A DNA stretch of 64,000 bases from Octopus vulgaris (GCA_951406725.2 OX597823.1:74524001-74588000); one strand, 5' to 3'. Shown: positions 1 through 12,798, counted from the stretch's first letter. A program made the numbers and translations. The notes: generated from the sequence alone by a model not told the origin.

Positions 1-58
1 ATATATACCAATAGGCATATATATATGTGTATATATACATAGTTATACACACACACCC

Positions 59-113
<55 letters not shown>

Positions 114-785
114 CTTGCATACACACATTATTTGAGTTGAGTCAGCTTCTTGCTAATCTGATTATCACCTGTAGGCACATAGGATGATCAGTTGTTACTG
201 GAAAATTAATGGTGGGTAGGGGTTCACGTTTATATGTAGTTATATGTAGTTATACCCTTCTAGGCATCAGACGTGATGGTCGGAAAAAAAGTATGACAAG
301 AGGGTGGAGTGGAAAATAGCGAGAAAGAAAGAAAGAGGGAAAGGGAAAGAAAACGAAAAGAAAAATAAGGAGAGAAGAAGAAAAGAAATGAACAGGGAAA
401 AGATAGAGACGAGAGCAAATGATATACAAGAAGTAGTGGAAAGTAGACGAAAATGATAAATTTAATTATGGAAGAGAAGAGAGAAGATTAAACAATATAT
501 ATATATATATATAATTAATTAATAAGGGTGAGAGAATTAGATACTAATTTAATAGTATATCTATTCTACACCAAGTGGCCTAGTGCTCCGAGAAACCTGG
601 ATTATTATAATATTTTATAATATATTATAATATTTTTACAAAATAAATATAAGAGAGTGGTCACTATATGGCTCACTCTAGCACCAGTTAATCCAAAAGG
701 TTTCAACCACAAAAATACATGTTTCCCATGAAAGTCAGTACGATTGTTAGCTCACACGGACAGGGCAAATAAAAAATAACAAATA

Positions 786-881
786 CAGATTATTTTGGGA
801 CAATTGTTTCGCTATTAATGAATTAAATGTAATTTTACTTACAATAAAATCCACTTGTAGCTCTTCAGCCAAAACTATCTG
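786..881 (-). ncRNA. Type I hammerhead ribozyme, copy 1
   Basis: Minus strand reads CAGAUAGUUUUGG-CUGAAGA-GCUA[long stem II]UAGC-GAAA-CAAUUG-UC-CCAAAAUAAUCUG. Stem I is UUUUGG/CCAAAA plus CAGAU/AUCUG, stem III is palindromic, and predicted cleavage is at GUC between 799 and 798. Confidence 0.88.
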
Positions 882-1317
882 GATGAAATCCACTCAATCA
901 CACGCCAGATTTTACCATAACGATAAATACGCGTGTGGTTCAATTGATTACATCCGACGTTATAATTCAAATGCCCCAACTAACAGCGCGCCAAATTTTC
1001 ACGGAAAACAAATACAGCATTTAGAAATAAATGCAGTATAATTATAATTAATTAATAAGGGTGAGAGAATTAGATACTAATTTAATAGTATATCTATTCT
1101 ACACCAAGTGGCCTAGTGCTCCGAGAAATCTGGATTATTATAATATTTTATAATATATTATAATATTTTACAAAATAAATATAAGAGAGTGGTCACTATA
1201 TGGCTCACTCTAGCACCAGTTAATCCAAAAGGTTTCAACCACAAAAATACATGTTTCCCATGAAAGTCAGTACGATTGTTAGCTCACACGGACAGGGCAA
1301 ATAAAAAATAACAAATA

Positions 1318-1413
1318 CAGATTATTTTGGGACAATTGTTTCGCTATTAATGAATTAAATGTAATTTTACTTACAATAAAATCCACTTGTAGCTCTTCAG
1401 CCAAAACTATCTG
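1318..1413 (-). ncRNA. Type I hammerhead ribozyme, copy 2
   Basis: Same sequence as 786-881, offset 532 bp. Confidence 0.88.
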
Positions 1414-1850
1414 GATGAAATCCACTCAATCACACGCCAGATTTTACCATAACGATAAATACGCGTGTGGTTCAATTGATTACATCCGACGTTATAATTC
1501 AAATGCCCCAACTAACAGCGCGCCAAATTTTCACGGAAAACAAATACAGCATTTAGAAATAAATGCAGCATAATTATAATTAATTAATAAGGGTGAGAGA
1601 ATTAGATACTAATTTAATAGTATATCTATTCTACACCAAGTGGCCTAGTGCTCCGAGAAACCTGGATTATTATAATATTTTATAATATATTATAATATTT
1701 TTACAAAATAAATATAAGAGAGTGGTCACTATATGGCTCACTCTAGCACCAGTTAATCCAAAAGGTTTCAACCACAAAAATACATGTTTCCCATGAAAGT
1801 CAGTACGATTGTTAGCTCACACGGACAGGGCAAATAAAAAATAACAAATA

Positions 1851-1946
1851 CAGATTATTTTGGGACAATTGTTTCGCTATTAATGAATTAAATGTAATTT
1901 TACTTACAATAAAATCCACTTGTAGCTCTTCAGCCAAAACTATCTG
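1851..1946 (-). ncRNA. Type I hammerhead ribozyme, copy 3
   Basis: Same sequence as 1318-1413, offset 533 bp. Confidence 0.88.
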
Positions 1947-2053
1947 GATGAAATCCACTCAATCACACGCCAGATTTTACCATAACGATAAATACGCGTG
2001 TGGTTCAATTGATTACGCTAGAGTGAGCCATATAGTGACCACTCTCTTATATT

Positions 2054-2102
<49 letters not shown>

Positions 2103-2152
2103 TACATACATACATACATACATACATGTGTACTTACATATATATACACATA

Positions 2153-2340
2153 CTGGTAACCCTTCGGTAAAAACCGCGATGATTCCAGTTGATCTGATCC
2201 GATGAACGTAGCAACATGCTCGCGAAATTAACGTGCAAGTGGCAGAGCACTCCTGAACAAGGTCATGACCAACATTGTTCTGAAAGTAAATCAGCGTGAC
2301 ACAGAAAGTAACAAGGCTGGTCCCCTGAAATACAGGGATA
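2153..2340 (-). mobile_element. SINE family B, 3' part
   Basis: Reverse complement matches about 15715-15890 (gagtgctc..ccacttgcacgttaatttc..gagca..gatc.gatcaactggaa). Confidence 0.75.
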
Positions 2341-2488
2341 TATATGTACATTACATGCATGTAAGAAGCTGGTACTGTTTCCTTCAAGCATACACAGAAA
2401 TATATATTTCAAAGTAAAATTACCTTCTTGTGATACACATATATATATTATCAGTATGTGTGTACATATGCATATATATATATATATG

Positions 2489-2545
<57 letters not shown>

Positions 2546-2574
2546 AAATATGTATATATATATATATATATATA

Positions 2575-2858
2575 TTCTTTATTTATTTGTTTCAGTCATG
2601 TGACTGCGTCCATGCTGGAGCACTGCCTTCAGTCGAACAAATCCACCCCAGAACTTATTCTTTATATGGCTAGTACTAACTCTACCGTGTCTTTTGCCGA
2701 ACCGCTGGTTGCGAGGATGTAAACAATCCAACATCGGTTGTCAATCGATGGAGGGGGGACAAACACAAACTCAGAAATAATACATACATATGCATATAGG
2801 ACGGGCCTCTTTCAGTTTCCCTCTACCGAATCCACTCTCAAGGTTCTGGTCGACCCGA
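2575..2858 (-). mobile_element. SINE family A (tRNA-derived, CORE-like), 5'-truncated
   Basis: Shares tttcagtca..tgactgcg..catgctggagcac, ttttgccgaaccgct and tttcagtttcc..ctacc.aatccactc with copies at 9.1, 12.4, 51.3 and 62.5 kb. Confidence 0.8.
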
Positions 2859-3729
2859 CCAAAACCTTGAGATTGTATATTATGTTTGCATGAAGGTCCT
2901 AATTTTGTGGAGAAATTTATGGAGGTGTAAAGGACTATTGGACAGAACAGATGAAGTCTAAACCGTCAGTAATGTTCCCGTTGCCAAAGGAGATCATACA
3001 TTTTCATTGAAATATCTCCCAGTGTAGAGGTTAATTTTAAAAACAAAGTAAACATTCATGAATGTCAATAGTTTGTAAGTCTCATAAATCATCTGATCAT
3101 TCGGAATGCCTTACAGACTTCATTTTAAAGTATTTCATCATGGATGAACCAGCTTTGGGGAGTTCATAATTTCTGAAATGATAAATACCTGTCAGTAACT
3201 ATTTGTAAATAATGCCATTTATTGAAATAAGAATACTGACAAGAAATCCGTCTTGGACGTCATTCACGTAATAATTAATTATTCGAGTAAATGAAAGCGT
3301 ATTTAATGAGAAAACTAAACAAAATTCTAAATTATATACACACATGGTGTAGAACAAAAAAAAACAATAAACAAATTTGGTCGACGACTAATATGTTGTT
3401 TATTATTGAAAATTCTCGGCGTTGTTCTCTGTTGTGTCATTCAATTTAATCTAATATTACATTACATAATTTGTTTCCTTTGCTGATTATTTCACTGGTG
3501 CTAAGAAGTATGAAAGAGTCCTGTTTGTTATTCTAACTTGATATTGTTAAGATTTTGATTAATCATTTCTTCACTTTATTAAATTCAACATCTATGTATC
3601 GTATTTGATCAATTGTCATTCTATAAATTATATTTAAATTAGAGATGGGGCAAGAGAAAACAATTCTCATTATGCTATTTAGTCTATCTTACATTTCCTG
3701 TTGTGTTTCAAGCAACAAATAAAGTATTG

Positions 3730-4020
3730 ATTTGAAATTTTGGCACAAGGCCAGCAACTTCGAGGGATGGGGAATGTCGGTTACATCAACCCTAGTGCTT
3801 AAATGGTACTTATTTTATCGAGCCGGAAAGGATGAAAGGTGAAGCTGACCTCAGCGGAATTTGAGCAGCAACTAAAATAATGGTTTCAAGCTTTGGCACA
3901 AGATCAGCTGTTTCAGAGAGAGGGAAATTGATTACATCGAATCTAAAGCTCAACTGGTACTTATTTTATCGGCTCCAAGAGGAAGAAAGGCAAATTCGAC
4001 CTCGGCTGAAGTTGGGCAAC
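3730..4020 (-). mobile_element. Two tandem truncated copies of SINE family C
   Basis: ggtacttattttatcg...aaagg...gacctc.gc.gaa occurs twice about 155 bp apart, each followed by caactaaaataa. Confidence 0.7.
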
Positions 4021-5489
4021 AACTAAAATAACAAAACGTTTAGTCGATGTTGGCAAAAATTCCCATGTAGGAGAATATATTGAAGAGTTCAGTGAGATGA
4101 GTTGCGTTGAAGAACTGAAACAAGTATCATTCCATTATTCACAAAATTAATAAAAAAAAATTAATAAAAGAATGAAAAAGAATGTGTTGGCGTACATAAA
4201 GGGCCTTTACTATTGGGAGATAGTATGAGTAATGTATAAACCGTATGATGGAGACTGAATTAAAAAAGAAAGTGACAGAACCTGTAAGAAAAGTTTGTTA
4301 GTGGTTAGTTAAATTGAAAAGAATATCAGCCGGGCAAGTATGAAGTGAAGTTTGAGATAAGTGAAAATGGAAGCCATTGGCATGAGATGGACAAAGGATT
4401 CATACAAGATAATAGTGACGTTCAGCAAACAAAATTGGAAGAGGAAGGAGATTTAAAGGAAATGGTAGAGAATCATGCAGAGACTGCTAAGATTGGTCGC
4501 GAATAAAAGGCTGATAAGCAGTTAAGATACATGGACATTAAAATGACAAATTAACTGCTTTGTAAATAGAATGTCAGAAATTTACATTAGTTTCTGTAAG
4601 GTGATTTAATAGTGGTGAGTATAATAAATGAAACATTGAACATGCAAACAGCATAACAGTCACATGCGCAGGTGTACACACTACCTGTGTCTTTCAGTAT
4701 CTTTGTGTGTGTTTGTATGTGTGTGTGTAGACACAAAAATACTACTTAAAATCTGATATAAGAACGAAATTTAGTTTTCTGTTTTGAAAGCGTTATATGA
4801 AACGATGTTGATTGTGATTACTGGCCTTGTTAGAATCCAAATGTTGCAGAATTCTACTGATTGATAAAGACCTAAACATAACCTCAGTACTTGTTGTCTT
4901 CTTCCCGCATTTTTCCCTCTCAGCTTGTGTGTCTATTCTCCTACGTTAGAGTGTATTTTAAAATTCATCTTACACATGCTTCTTTTGGCATTCTTATTTG
5001 CTACTCCTATCTATCGCTTGTCCAGTCAACAAGCTTTGATAATTTTCATCCCACCCTTGCTTCATTCTTTTTCTCATAATTTTTATCCCATCTTTGCTTC
5101 TTTTGCATTTTTACTTGCTTGTCCTATCTATCACGTCTTCACTTTCATTTCATCTGCACTGGATCAAACTTGTTTCGCCAACTCTACCAACACACGCCAT
5201 GACAATTCTTTATATTTTCATTTTTAAAAGATCATATGGTCGAAAAATCGAAATCTTTACTTCATCAAAGCAAATGTTCTTTATGAATTTCCACCAACAA
5301 ATTAAACATATTCATTGATTTACATGCCTTTGCGTTTTATGACAGTTAAATTATTCGTATCCAGCAAATATGCACCAGCTTCAACAACTAAATTTCGGAG
5401 TAAATTCGTCTCAAGTATTCTTTTTCGATTATTGAAAAAAAAAAATGCAGTGGGTTGAATGATTATTTCTGATCATATATATCTCTTGA

Positions 5490-5776
5490 TGGAGGCGCGT
5501 CGTAGGATCGAGGTTTCGATCCCCAGACCGGGCGCTGTGAGTGTTTATTGAGCAAAAACACATAAAGCTCAACGGGGTTCCGGCAGGGGGGGGCGTCCCT
5601 GCCGTACTCTTTCGCCACAACTTTCTCTCACTCTTTCTTCTGTTTCTTCTCTCACTCTTTCTTCTCGCTTAGCCAGCGGGGTGGCATCATTTGAAGGCTA
5701 AAAGAATGTGAAGCGCATCGTGACCAGCGATGTGTAGCAACATCTGATAGCCTGGTCAGTCACGGTGATCACGGTG
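5490..5776 (+). mobile_element. SINE family B, tail variant 1 (A-box region deleted)
   Basis: tggaggcgc..gtcgtaggatcg.ggtttcgat.cccagaccgggcg.tgtgagtgtttattgagc head is shared with 15518. Imperfect TSD atatct(c/t)ttgat. Confidence 0.8.
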
Positions 5777-7366
5777 ATATCTTTTGATACTTTAGAAAAG
5801 TCAGAATAATTATTTCAGTAACATTAAATTATTGATAAATTTGTAGACCAAGAAATGAAAGCTTTTCAGTTTAACCCTGGAGCAATATATACGTGAACCA
5901 TTCCTTGCTAGCTTGCCGCCGAAATTTTTTGCAGACCATGACTAGCGAAAGGTATAGTTACCGGCAGATAGATAAAAAAATATTATCTAATGATATTGAT
6001 ACACTCCAGCGGAAATATGAATGCAATGAAGATGACGATGACGTTAATGATAATGTTCTCGTCATCTTGTGCAGACTAAAATTTCAACTTGGGAGCGATG
6101 ATTACTAGCACACATATCCTGCACCTACCTCAATGTTCTAGGTACACTAGCAGTCACAGAACAGCAAACATTCTCATCAGTGACTTGAAAAAGGATTGTA
6201 ATAAACCTGATGAGTCTCACAAATACGCATTGATTGTTTGTCTCAAGTAGTTATGGCACATTTTAGCCACCTTTCTGCTTTTTTATGGGTGAAATACGAT
6301 AATTTTTATAAAGATCCTCATGGATATGTTTTGCATTCAGCTAACCGAATAGGCCATCGATCGGAAGTATACAAGTTTCCCTGCTAGATTTTTCTTTATG
6401 GCAGCTGAAGGGATTATCGAATATCATTACGGCTTTTAAATTGCCAATTTCGAACTCGACATAAGTCGGTTTAAATTTGACTCAAAACTTGGGATTTATG
6501 TAAGTATTTAATAAACCGGCAACATATAATTGCTAAGATGATAAATTAACGGATGGTTACACCATCATCCAATATGCGTGATTAAATTTACTTCAGATAG
6601 TTTTGGCAGCTGACTTGAAATTCAGATCAGATAAACTTTGACTTCTGACGTCTATAAAATAAAAATCGATCAATTACTTTTATCAAACAAGAATGCATCA
6701 AAAAGTCCCATATCTTGTGATAGTCATCATATAACAGGTAAAATATTTCAAGCAAAAATCAGTTATACACAAGTGGAATGTTGAAATTTATTAAAAATAC
6801 TTTATATAAGTTTAGAAATTGGATGGGAAAGTAGAAACTAACCATTAGCAGCAGCTTAACAGTGAAACGGCAGCGTATTATAAATATAAATTATACCGGA
6901 AGGGGCTTAAAAATTTTGGTTTTACTCGATTATCAATAACAGAAACACCGCAGATATACTATGCCTAGACAGACATAATTCAAGTTTATGTATGAAAGGT
7001 CATTTAGAATAGATACTACAGGAACAAATTCGGTAGACTATAATATGAAAATGTTTTCTGTAGGGTTATGAAGACTCTGTCATATGAGAAGTTTGATAGT
7101 TAAATTATAAATAATTTCTTCCGATGTTACGGTCAGTTAAATATGTGTGCAATGCTAATTATTTGAAATTTAATTGACTACACCATAAACCGATGACTTG
7201 TGGTCGATGCCGAATATTGTTCCTGGTGGGATCAAAATAGAATGTACATCGACATCAATAAACAAATAATTGAGCAATATCGGCTATTTCCTCTTTAAGG
7301 GAGTTTGCAAAGATGTTGAGACTGAAAACGAAAAATTAGAAAATTATGTCGTATGCGTAACAAGTT

Positions 7367-7665
7367 TTGTTTTGTTCGTTCCTTTTCGAGCCATCCCTGG
7401 CCCATAAGGGCCAGTTTTCCGGTTTCCTTGGCGTATAGTTTCCCCACCTGGACGGGACACCGGTCCGTCGCAGGTGAGCTGGAAGATGCAGGAGGAAAGA
7501 TGCGAGAAAGTTGTGGCAAAAGAGTCAGCAGAAGTTCGCCATTACCTTCTACCGGAGCCGCGTGGAACTTAGGTTTTTCGCTCATAAACAGACACATCTC
7601 CTGGTCTGAGTTTCGAACCCGCGATCCCGCGACTCTGCTCTAACCACTAGGCCATGTGCTTCCAC
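7367..7665 (-). mobile_element. SINE family B, tail variant 2 (V-domain-like segment)
   Basis: Perfect 12-bp TSD gcgtaacaagtt at 7355-7366 and 7666-7677. Minus strand has a tRNA-like A box (tggcctagtgg) and B box (ggttcgaaact), and the body resembles 15518. Confidence 0.85.
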
Positions 7666-7897
7666 GCGTAACAAGTTAGAACTCAGTAAAGAACGTACAT
7701 TACAATTTGTAAGTTTTCCTTTTATTCGTTTCAGTTAATGAGCAAAATTATATTAGATAATCAACGTTATATATTTTCTTCCTTGTGTTTGCATTTTTTA
7801 CGTAAATAAATCTAAGAGAGTCACACAGAAAGGAAAACATAAGAATAAAGAAATTACAGTTATAAACCCCCCCTCTCTCTCCTCTCTCTCTCTCTCA

Positions 7898-8330
<433 letters not shown>

Positions 8331-8493
8331 TATTTCCACACTTCTTTCTCACTATATATATGTATGTACGCACATTCATATATGCATATGTGTGTTATGT
8401 GTGTGTGTATTGTGTGTGTGTGCGTGTGCGTGTATGCGCGTGTATGCGCGTATGAACACATGCAGTAAAGTAAAAATGCCGTGGGATGTAGAA

Positions 8494-8537
8494 ACTCCAA
8501 CATCAAATGTTTCAGGCAAAATATTTCTGCAGGGAGT
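8494..8537 (-). ncRNA. Degenerate type I hammerhead in PLE 3' region
   Basis: Minus strand reads ACUCC-CUGCAGA-aauauuuugccu-GAAA-CAUUUGAUG-UU-GGAGU. Stem I (5 bp) and stem III are intact; the core has A6->C and stem II is decayed. Confidence 0.5.
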
Positions 8538-9052
8538 GACTGGTACGTCCTGTACTTGGTTAAATGACTACATCTTCTAAGGCACGTGAGGCAAAGAGAG
8601 TTTGTCGTGTAGAACTGAAGTAGTAGAAAGAACCTTCGTGATAGGAGTTGCAGGATAGACAAATGAATTGAGGAGGAAGCAAGGGTCAAATGGACGAAAA
8701 ATGAAGGTGTGATGGAGTTGAAGGATAAGAAGAGAATTGTTTAACTATTCCGATGAGCAAAAGTAGAAAGTAGAAGTAAAAAACTTCAATAAAAACCGTC
8801 CAAAGCATGGTTCCAAGTTCGAATATGAGCCCCTTTTACTGTCCGTTTCTTTGAGGATGGTTATCTATGATGTGAGGAGTATCCATGGTGTGCAGGTAAA
8901 GTGTATGCCTAGTTTTGTTGAAGTGAGTAACAGGTTCGATAAGCTTACATAGCTGTGCACTTTGAAATGGCTCCCGAAAGCGATCGACAAGGCAGTGGCT
9001 TGTATTCCCAATATAAAGCGCACCGCACCATATTCAGGTGATACAATATATA

Positions 9053-9425
9053 TTCTTTACTCTTTTGCTCTTTTACCTGTCTCAGTCATTTGACTGCGAC
9101 CATGCTGGAGCACCGCTTTTTTGTCGAGCAAATCGACCCCAGGCCGTTTTCTTTGTAAGCTTAGTACTTATTCTATCGGACTTTTTTCCTGAACCGCTAA
9201 GTTACTGGGACGTAAACACACCACCATCGGTTGTCAAGCAATGTTAGGAGGACATCACGGATACATACACACACATATATACATATATATGACGGGCTTC
9301 TTTCAGTTACCGTCTACAAAATCCACTCATAAGGCTTTGGTCGGCCCGCGGATATAGCAGTGGGACTGAATCCGGCACCATGTAGTTGATAAACAAGCTA
9401 CTTACCACACATCACTCCTATGCCT
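9053..9425 (-). mobile_element. SINE family A, near full length, nested in PLE endonuclease
   Basis: Family A motifs run from tail (tactctttt) to head (cttaccacac..cactccta); flanked by aatatata-like target. Confidence 0.85.
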
Positions 9426-11084
9426 ATGAATATATATATAATGGTTGGAAGAAGTGCAACTGAACTTTTGAGTTATCTGTTACTGTGACGTAGGCCCAGT
9501 GATGGTTGTAGTGTTGTTAATATAAGGGTAGGTATTTCATTGTCGGCGTGTGCACTTGAAAGTGCTTGGTTGTGTAGCTAGGAAGTTGCTGAGATATTTG
9601 AAGGCGACGAGAAGGGCTGCGGGAAAGAATACAATTCGGAATTTGAGGATCATTTCAACTAACTCCCAAACCAAATTCGAATTAAAATGCATTAGTCAAT
9701 CTGAGCAGCATGAGGAGCAAAAGGACATTCGCACTAAGTTTTGCGTATAGATATTGAACCGGCGACTACTTAAGTGTGATACGAAGGTTGCTTTCATCAT
9801 GTCTCTGTATTTACTGAGAAACTAACAACTTGCGTTCTTCATTATCGTATTTCGTTATATACTCTGACACATAATCGAAATTAATGGAGACCCTAATTTC
9901 TGAACTACGTAGATGAACTAATACAGGAATCTTTATTTGGTCGTTAGAACTTCTAGTAATAACAAATACAATTCCTTAGAAATTTCGGACTTATGCTGTA
10001 AGGAAATGAATGATTGGATAATGTACTTCTAGACGGCATCGATAAAACTAAAAAGCTATGTGATTGTATCAACTTGAAAGCTTTCCATTATAAATCTCAT
10101 TAATGCAAGCTGAGCTAGATTAAACTTCTGAAGTGATAAATACGTTTCATTAAGGAATTGTAATTAACAACATATAAATATTGAAATATAAATATTGTCA
10201 TGACATTTTTCTTGGACGTCATCCACATAGTAATTTGTTATTTGAGTCAGCAAGCGCATATTTATTAAGAAGACTACGCAAAAGCCACAACTGTAGTCAG
10301 ACTCTGTAACAAAAGATTGTGTATCAATTTACTGTATAACAGCACACACGGAGCAAGTTTCTATGTTGTTATCGCTATATGTGTGTTTAATAGAATGGTG
10401 TTATGAGAGTTTGGTTTATTCGACATGTGATATTTGGTACATCAACTTAATTAACGAGTATTAAATTCTTGAGGTGTCAACATTGTCTTTTATCCTTTTG
10501 AGATCAGTAAATTGCTTTACTTAACAAGTAGTTCGGTTGAGGTATGATATGCTACACTCAGTTTAACTCTTTTATCTATATCATAATTAAGCGGATCACC
10601 GAGGGAGGGAAAGAAGTGGGGAGGATGAATCAAAATATACATCATATTATATTAAGGGGAGGTGAAAAAAGTTATTATTGAGAGAAATATACAGTATGTG
10701 TGCGCTTGTGTATTTAAGAGAGAAAGAGAGAGAGAGAGAGAAAGAGAGAAGGGAGAGAGGTTGAGAAAGAGGGGAGAGAGAGGAGAGAGGGAGTCAGTGT
10801 GTGTGAAAGAGAGATAAATAGACTGACAAACAGATAGGCAGTCAGACAGGTCAATAGCTAGCTAACTAGATTGATAGTGTCGTCACCATATTAACTAACA
10901 ACATTTGATTCAAAACGTGGGTATCTTGAGTGCAAGTCTATGAACACTACATGGCTGACTTATTTTTTGTTGGGTTGTTTGTGTGTGTGTATCTATGCGT
11001 TTCTTTATGTCGGTCAACACAGACAGCTCAACACATGTTTTAATAAAACACTTTTACTGTAAACCTTTCTACTTTCTACCCTAA

Positions 11085-11292
11085 TCCTTTGAGACACAAA
11101 ACCTGAAATTTTGCGGGAGGGGATAAGACGATTACATCGACCCCAGTGCGTAACTGGTACTTAATTTATCGACCCAGAAAGGATGAAAGGCAAAGTCGAC
11201 CTCGGCGAAATTTGAACTCAGAACGTAGCGGCAGATGAAATGCCGCTAAGCATTTCGCCTGGCTTGCTAAGGATTCTGCCAGTTCACCGCTT
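11085..11292 (-). mobile_element. SINE family C (tRNA head plus Meta-like central domain)
   Basis: Minus strand reads gcggtgaactggcagaatccttagc...gttctgagttcaaatt.cgccgaggtcgactttgcctttcatcc...gtcgataaattaagtacca. The Meta-domain assignment is from recalled consensus only. Confidence 0.8.
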
Positions 11293-11343
11293 TAGACTTT
11301 CACTATAACAAGTTGTGGTTGTGGTTTTGTCGTTGACAAATTC

Positions 11344-11465
<122 letters not shown>

Positions 11466-12169
11466 TGTTAGTCCGAGAAAGTGTGTATGTGGGAAGATAG
11501 ACCATATACTATTAGAAGAATGTGCTAATATTTTTAGCGGCAGCTTAGCAACGAATAAAAACCTAATATATAGTGAACATCTCATGGCTGTAATTCTTAA
11601 TATGGCTGCAATATGTAGAGTAAATTTTTAATATTTGGTTGTTGAAAGTCGTAATTTCTGTAGAAATATCATGATCCCTCACCCAACTCCATGTAGACAT
11701 TATTTCCGAATACATCCCTTATTTCAAGGAGATGAAGAGGTTTTAATTTGGTGCCAGAACGAATCGGTTAACAGTGTGTGCAGCGTGCCAAAAGCTGTTT
11801 TCAGTTTTCAGTGGTGAGTGCCTCCCAGCTATTGCTTTAAATATTCGCTACTGAAAAGAAGAAAGTATAGTGTGAGAAGAAGCTGGCAATAAAACACAAC
11901 GCTAACTTGGATAATAATAATAATTACGTGGGTAATTTAGCGGTGCAGTTATCAAAGGCAGGAACAGTAGCACCAACTCCACAACCACCACCACTACCAC
12001 CACCACCACCACCACCACCACCACCCCACAATAATAACCGTGTGAAAAACGAATATGTCAATACCTCTTTCAAGACACGGTTTCAAATCTTGCAACACAA
12101 ATTCATAAACACAGACATACACACACAGACACCACACACGCACATACAAACACACACACACACATGCTA

Positions 12170-12350
12170 GACCACTGAACTCTACGGGATTATTTTTCAT
12201 TCTCTCTCTGTTTATCTTCTCTTATTTCTTTCTGTTGAAGAGCGTAGGCTCAAAACGTAAAAGAAGTTTTCATTTTTCCGAGCGTCAAATTAAATACTTG
12301 CTTGTTGTTCATACAACTGTCTTCGTCCTTTGTATTTCTATAAATTTCGT
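12170..12350 (+). repeat. Short PLE-terminus-like repeat with degenerate minimal HHR (related copies at 30.44 and 50.0 kb)
   Basis: UUCUUU-CUGUUGA-AGAGCguagGCUC-aAAA-CGUA-AAAGAA at 12226-12265. The downstream ccgagcgtcaaa.taa.tac...tttctataaatttc is shared with 30463-30537. Confidence 0.55.
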
Positions 12351-12366
12351 CTCTCTCTCTCACTCT

Positions 12367-12402
<36 letters not shown>

Positions 12403-12430
12403 GTAAAAGAGTAAAAGAGTATATATATAT

Positions 12431-12797
12431 ACTCTTTTACTTTTCTTTTCAGTCATTTGACTGCGGCCATGCTGGAGAACCGCCTTTAATCGAGCAACTC
12501 GATCCCGGGGTTTATTCTTTGTAAGCTCAGTACTTATTCTATTGTTCTCTTTTGCCGAACCGCTAAGTGACGGGGACATAAACACAGCAGCATAGGGGGA
12601 TAAACACAAACATACATGCACACATATATACATATATACGACGGGCTTCTTTCAGTTTCCGTCTGCCAAATCCACTCACAAGGCTTTGGTCGGGCCGAGG
12701 CTATAGTAGTAGGCACTTGTCCAACATGCCACGCAGTAGGACTGAACCCGGAACCATGTAGTTGGTAAACAAGCTATTTACCACACAACCACTCCTG

Positions 12798-12798
<1 letters not shown>
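12431..12798 (-). mobile_element. SINE family A, full length
   Basis: Colinear with 51295-51730 (reverse complement) and with 62503-62923. Confidence 0.9.

Larger units (their letters stand above)
511..2059 (-). mobile_element. Non-coding retrozyme-like/PLE pLTR tandem array (about 2.8 x 532-533 bp) with 43-bp 5' inversion, inserted in (TA)n
   Basis: AATAAGGGTGAGAGAATTAG recurs at 521, 1054 and 1586; copies differ at only a few bases. 2017-2059 is the reverse complement of an internal unit segment (about 640-682). (TA)n lies on both sides, and each unit has one HHR on the minus strand. Confidence 0.85.
8490..9650 (-). pseudogene. Penelope-like retroelement 3' end (Neptune-like GIY-YIG endonuclease), interrupted by a SINE
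   Basis: Hand translation: PSTFKCTRRQ*NTYPYINNTTTITGP..QKFSCTSSN / [SINE] / IYCIT*IWCGALYIGNTSHCLVDRFRE..PVTHFNKTRHTL..LIFELGT. This matches the Zn-knuckle linker plus GIY-YIG layout of Neptune-type PLEs. Confidence 0.8.

Noticed and set aside
511-2016. CRISPR-like array or bacterial repeat system
   Set aside because: The units are whole 532/533-bp duplicates with no unique spacers, there are no cas-like ORFs, and the context is animal repeat DNA.
6205-6300. CTGATGAG motifs (6207 plus; about 6174-6181 minus) as hammerhead cores
   Set aside because: No matching stem II closure, GAAA or stem I partner nearby.
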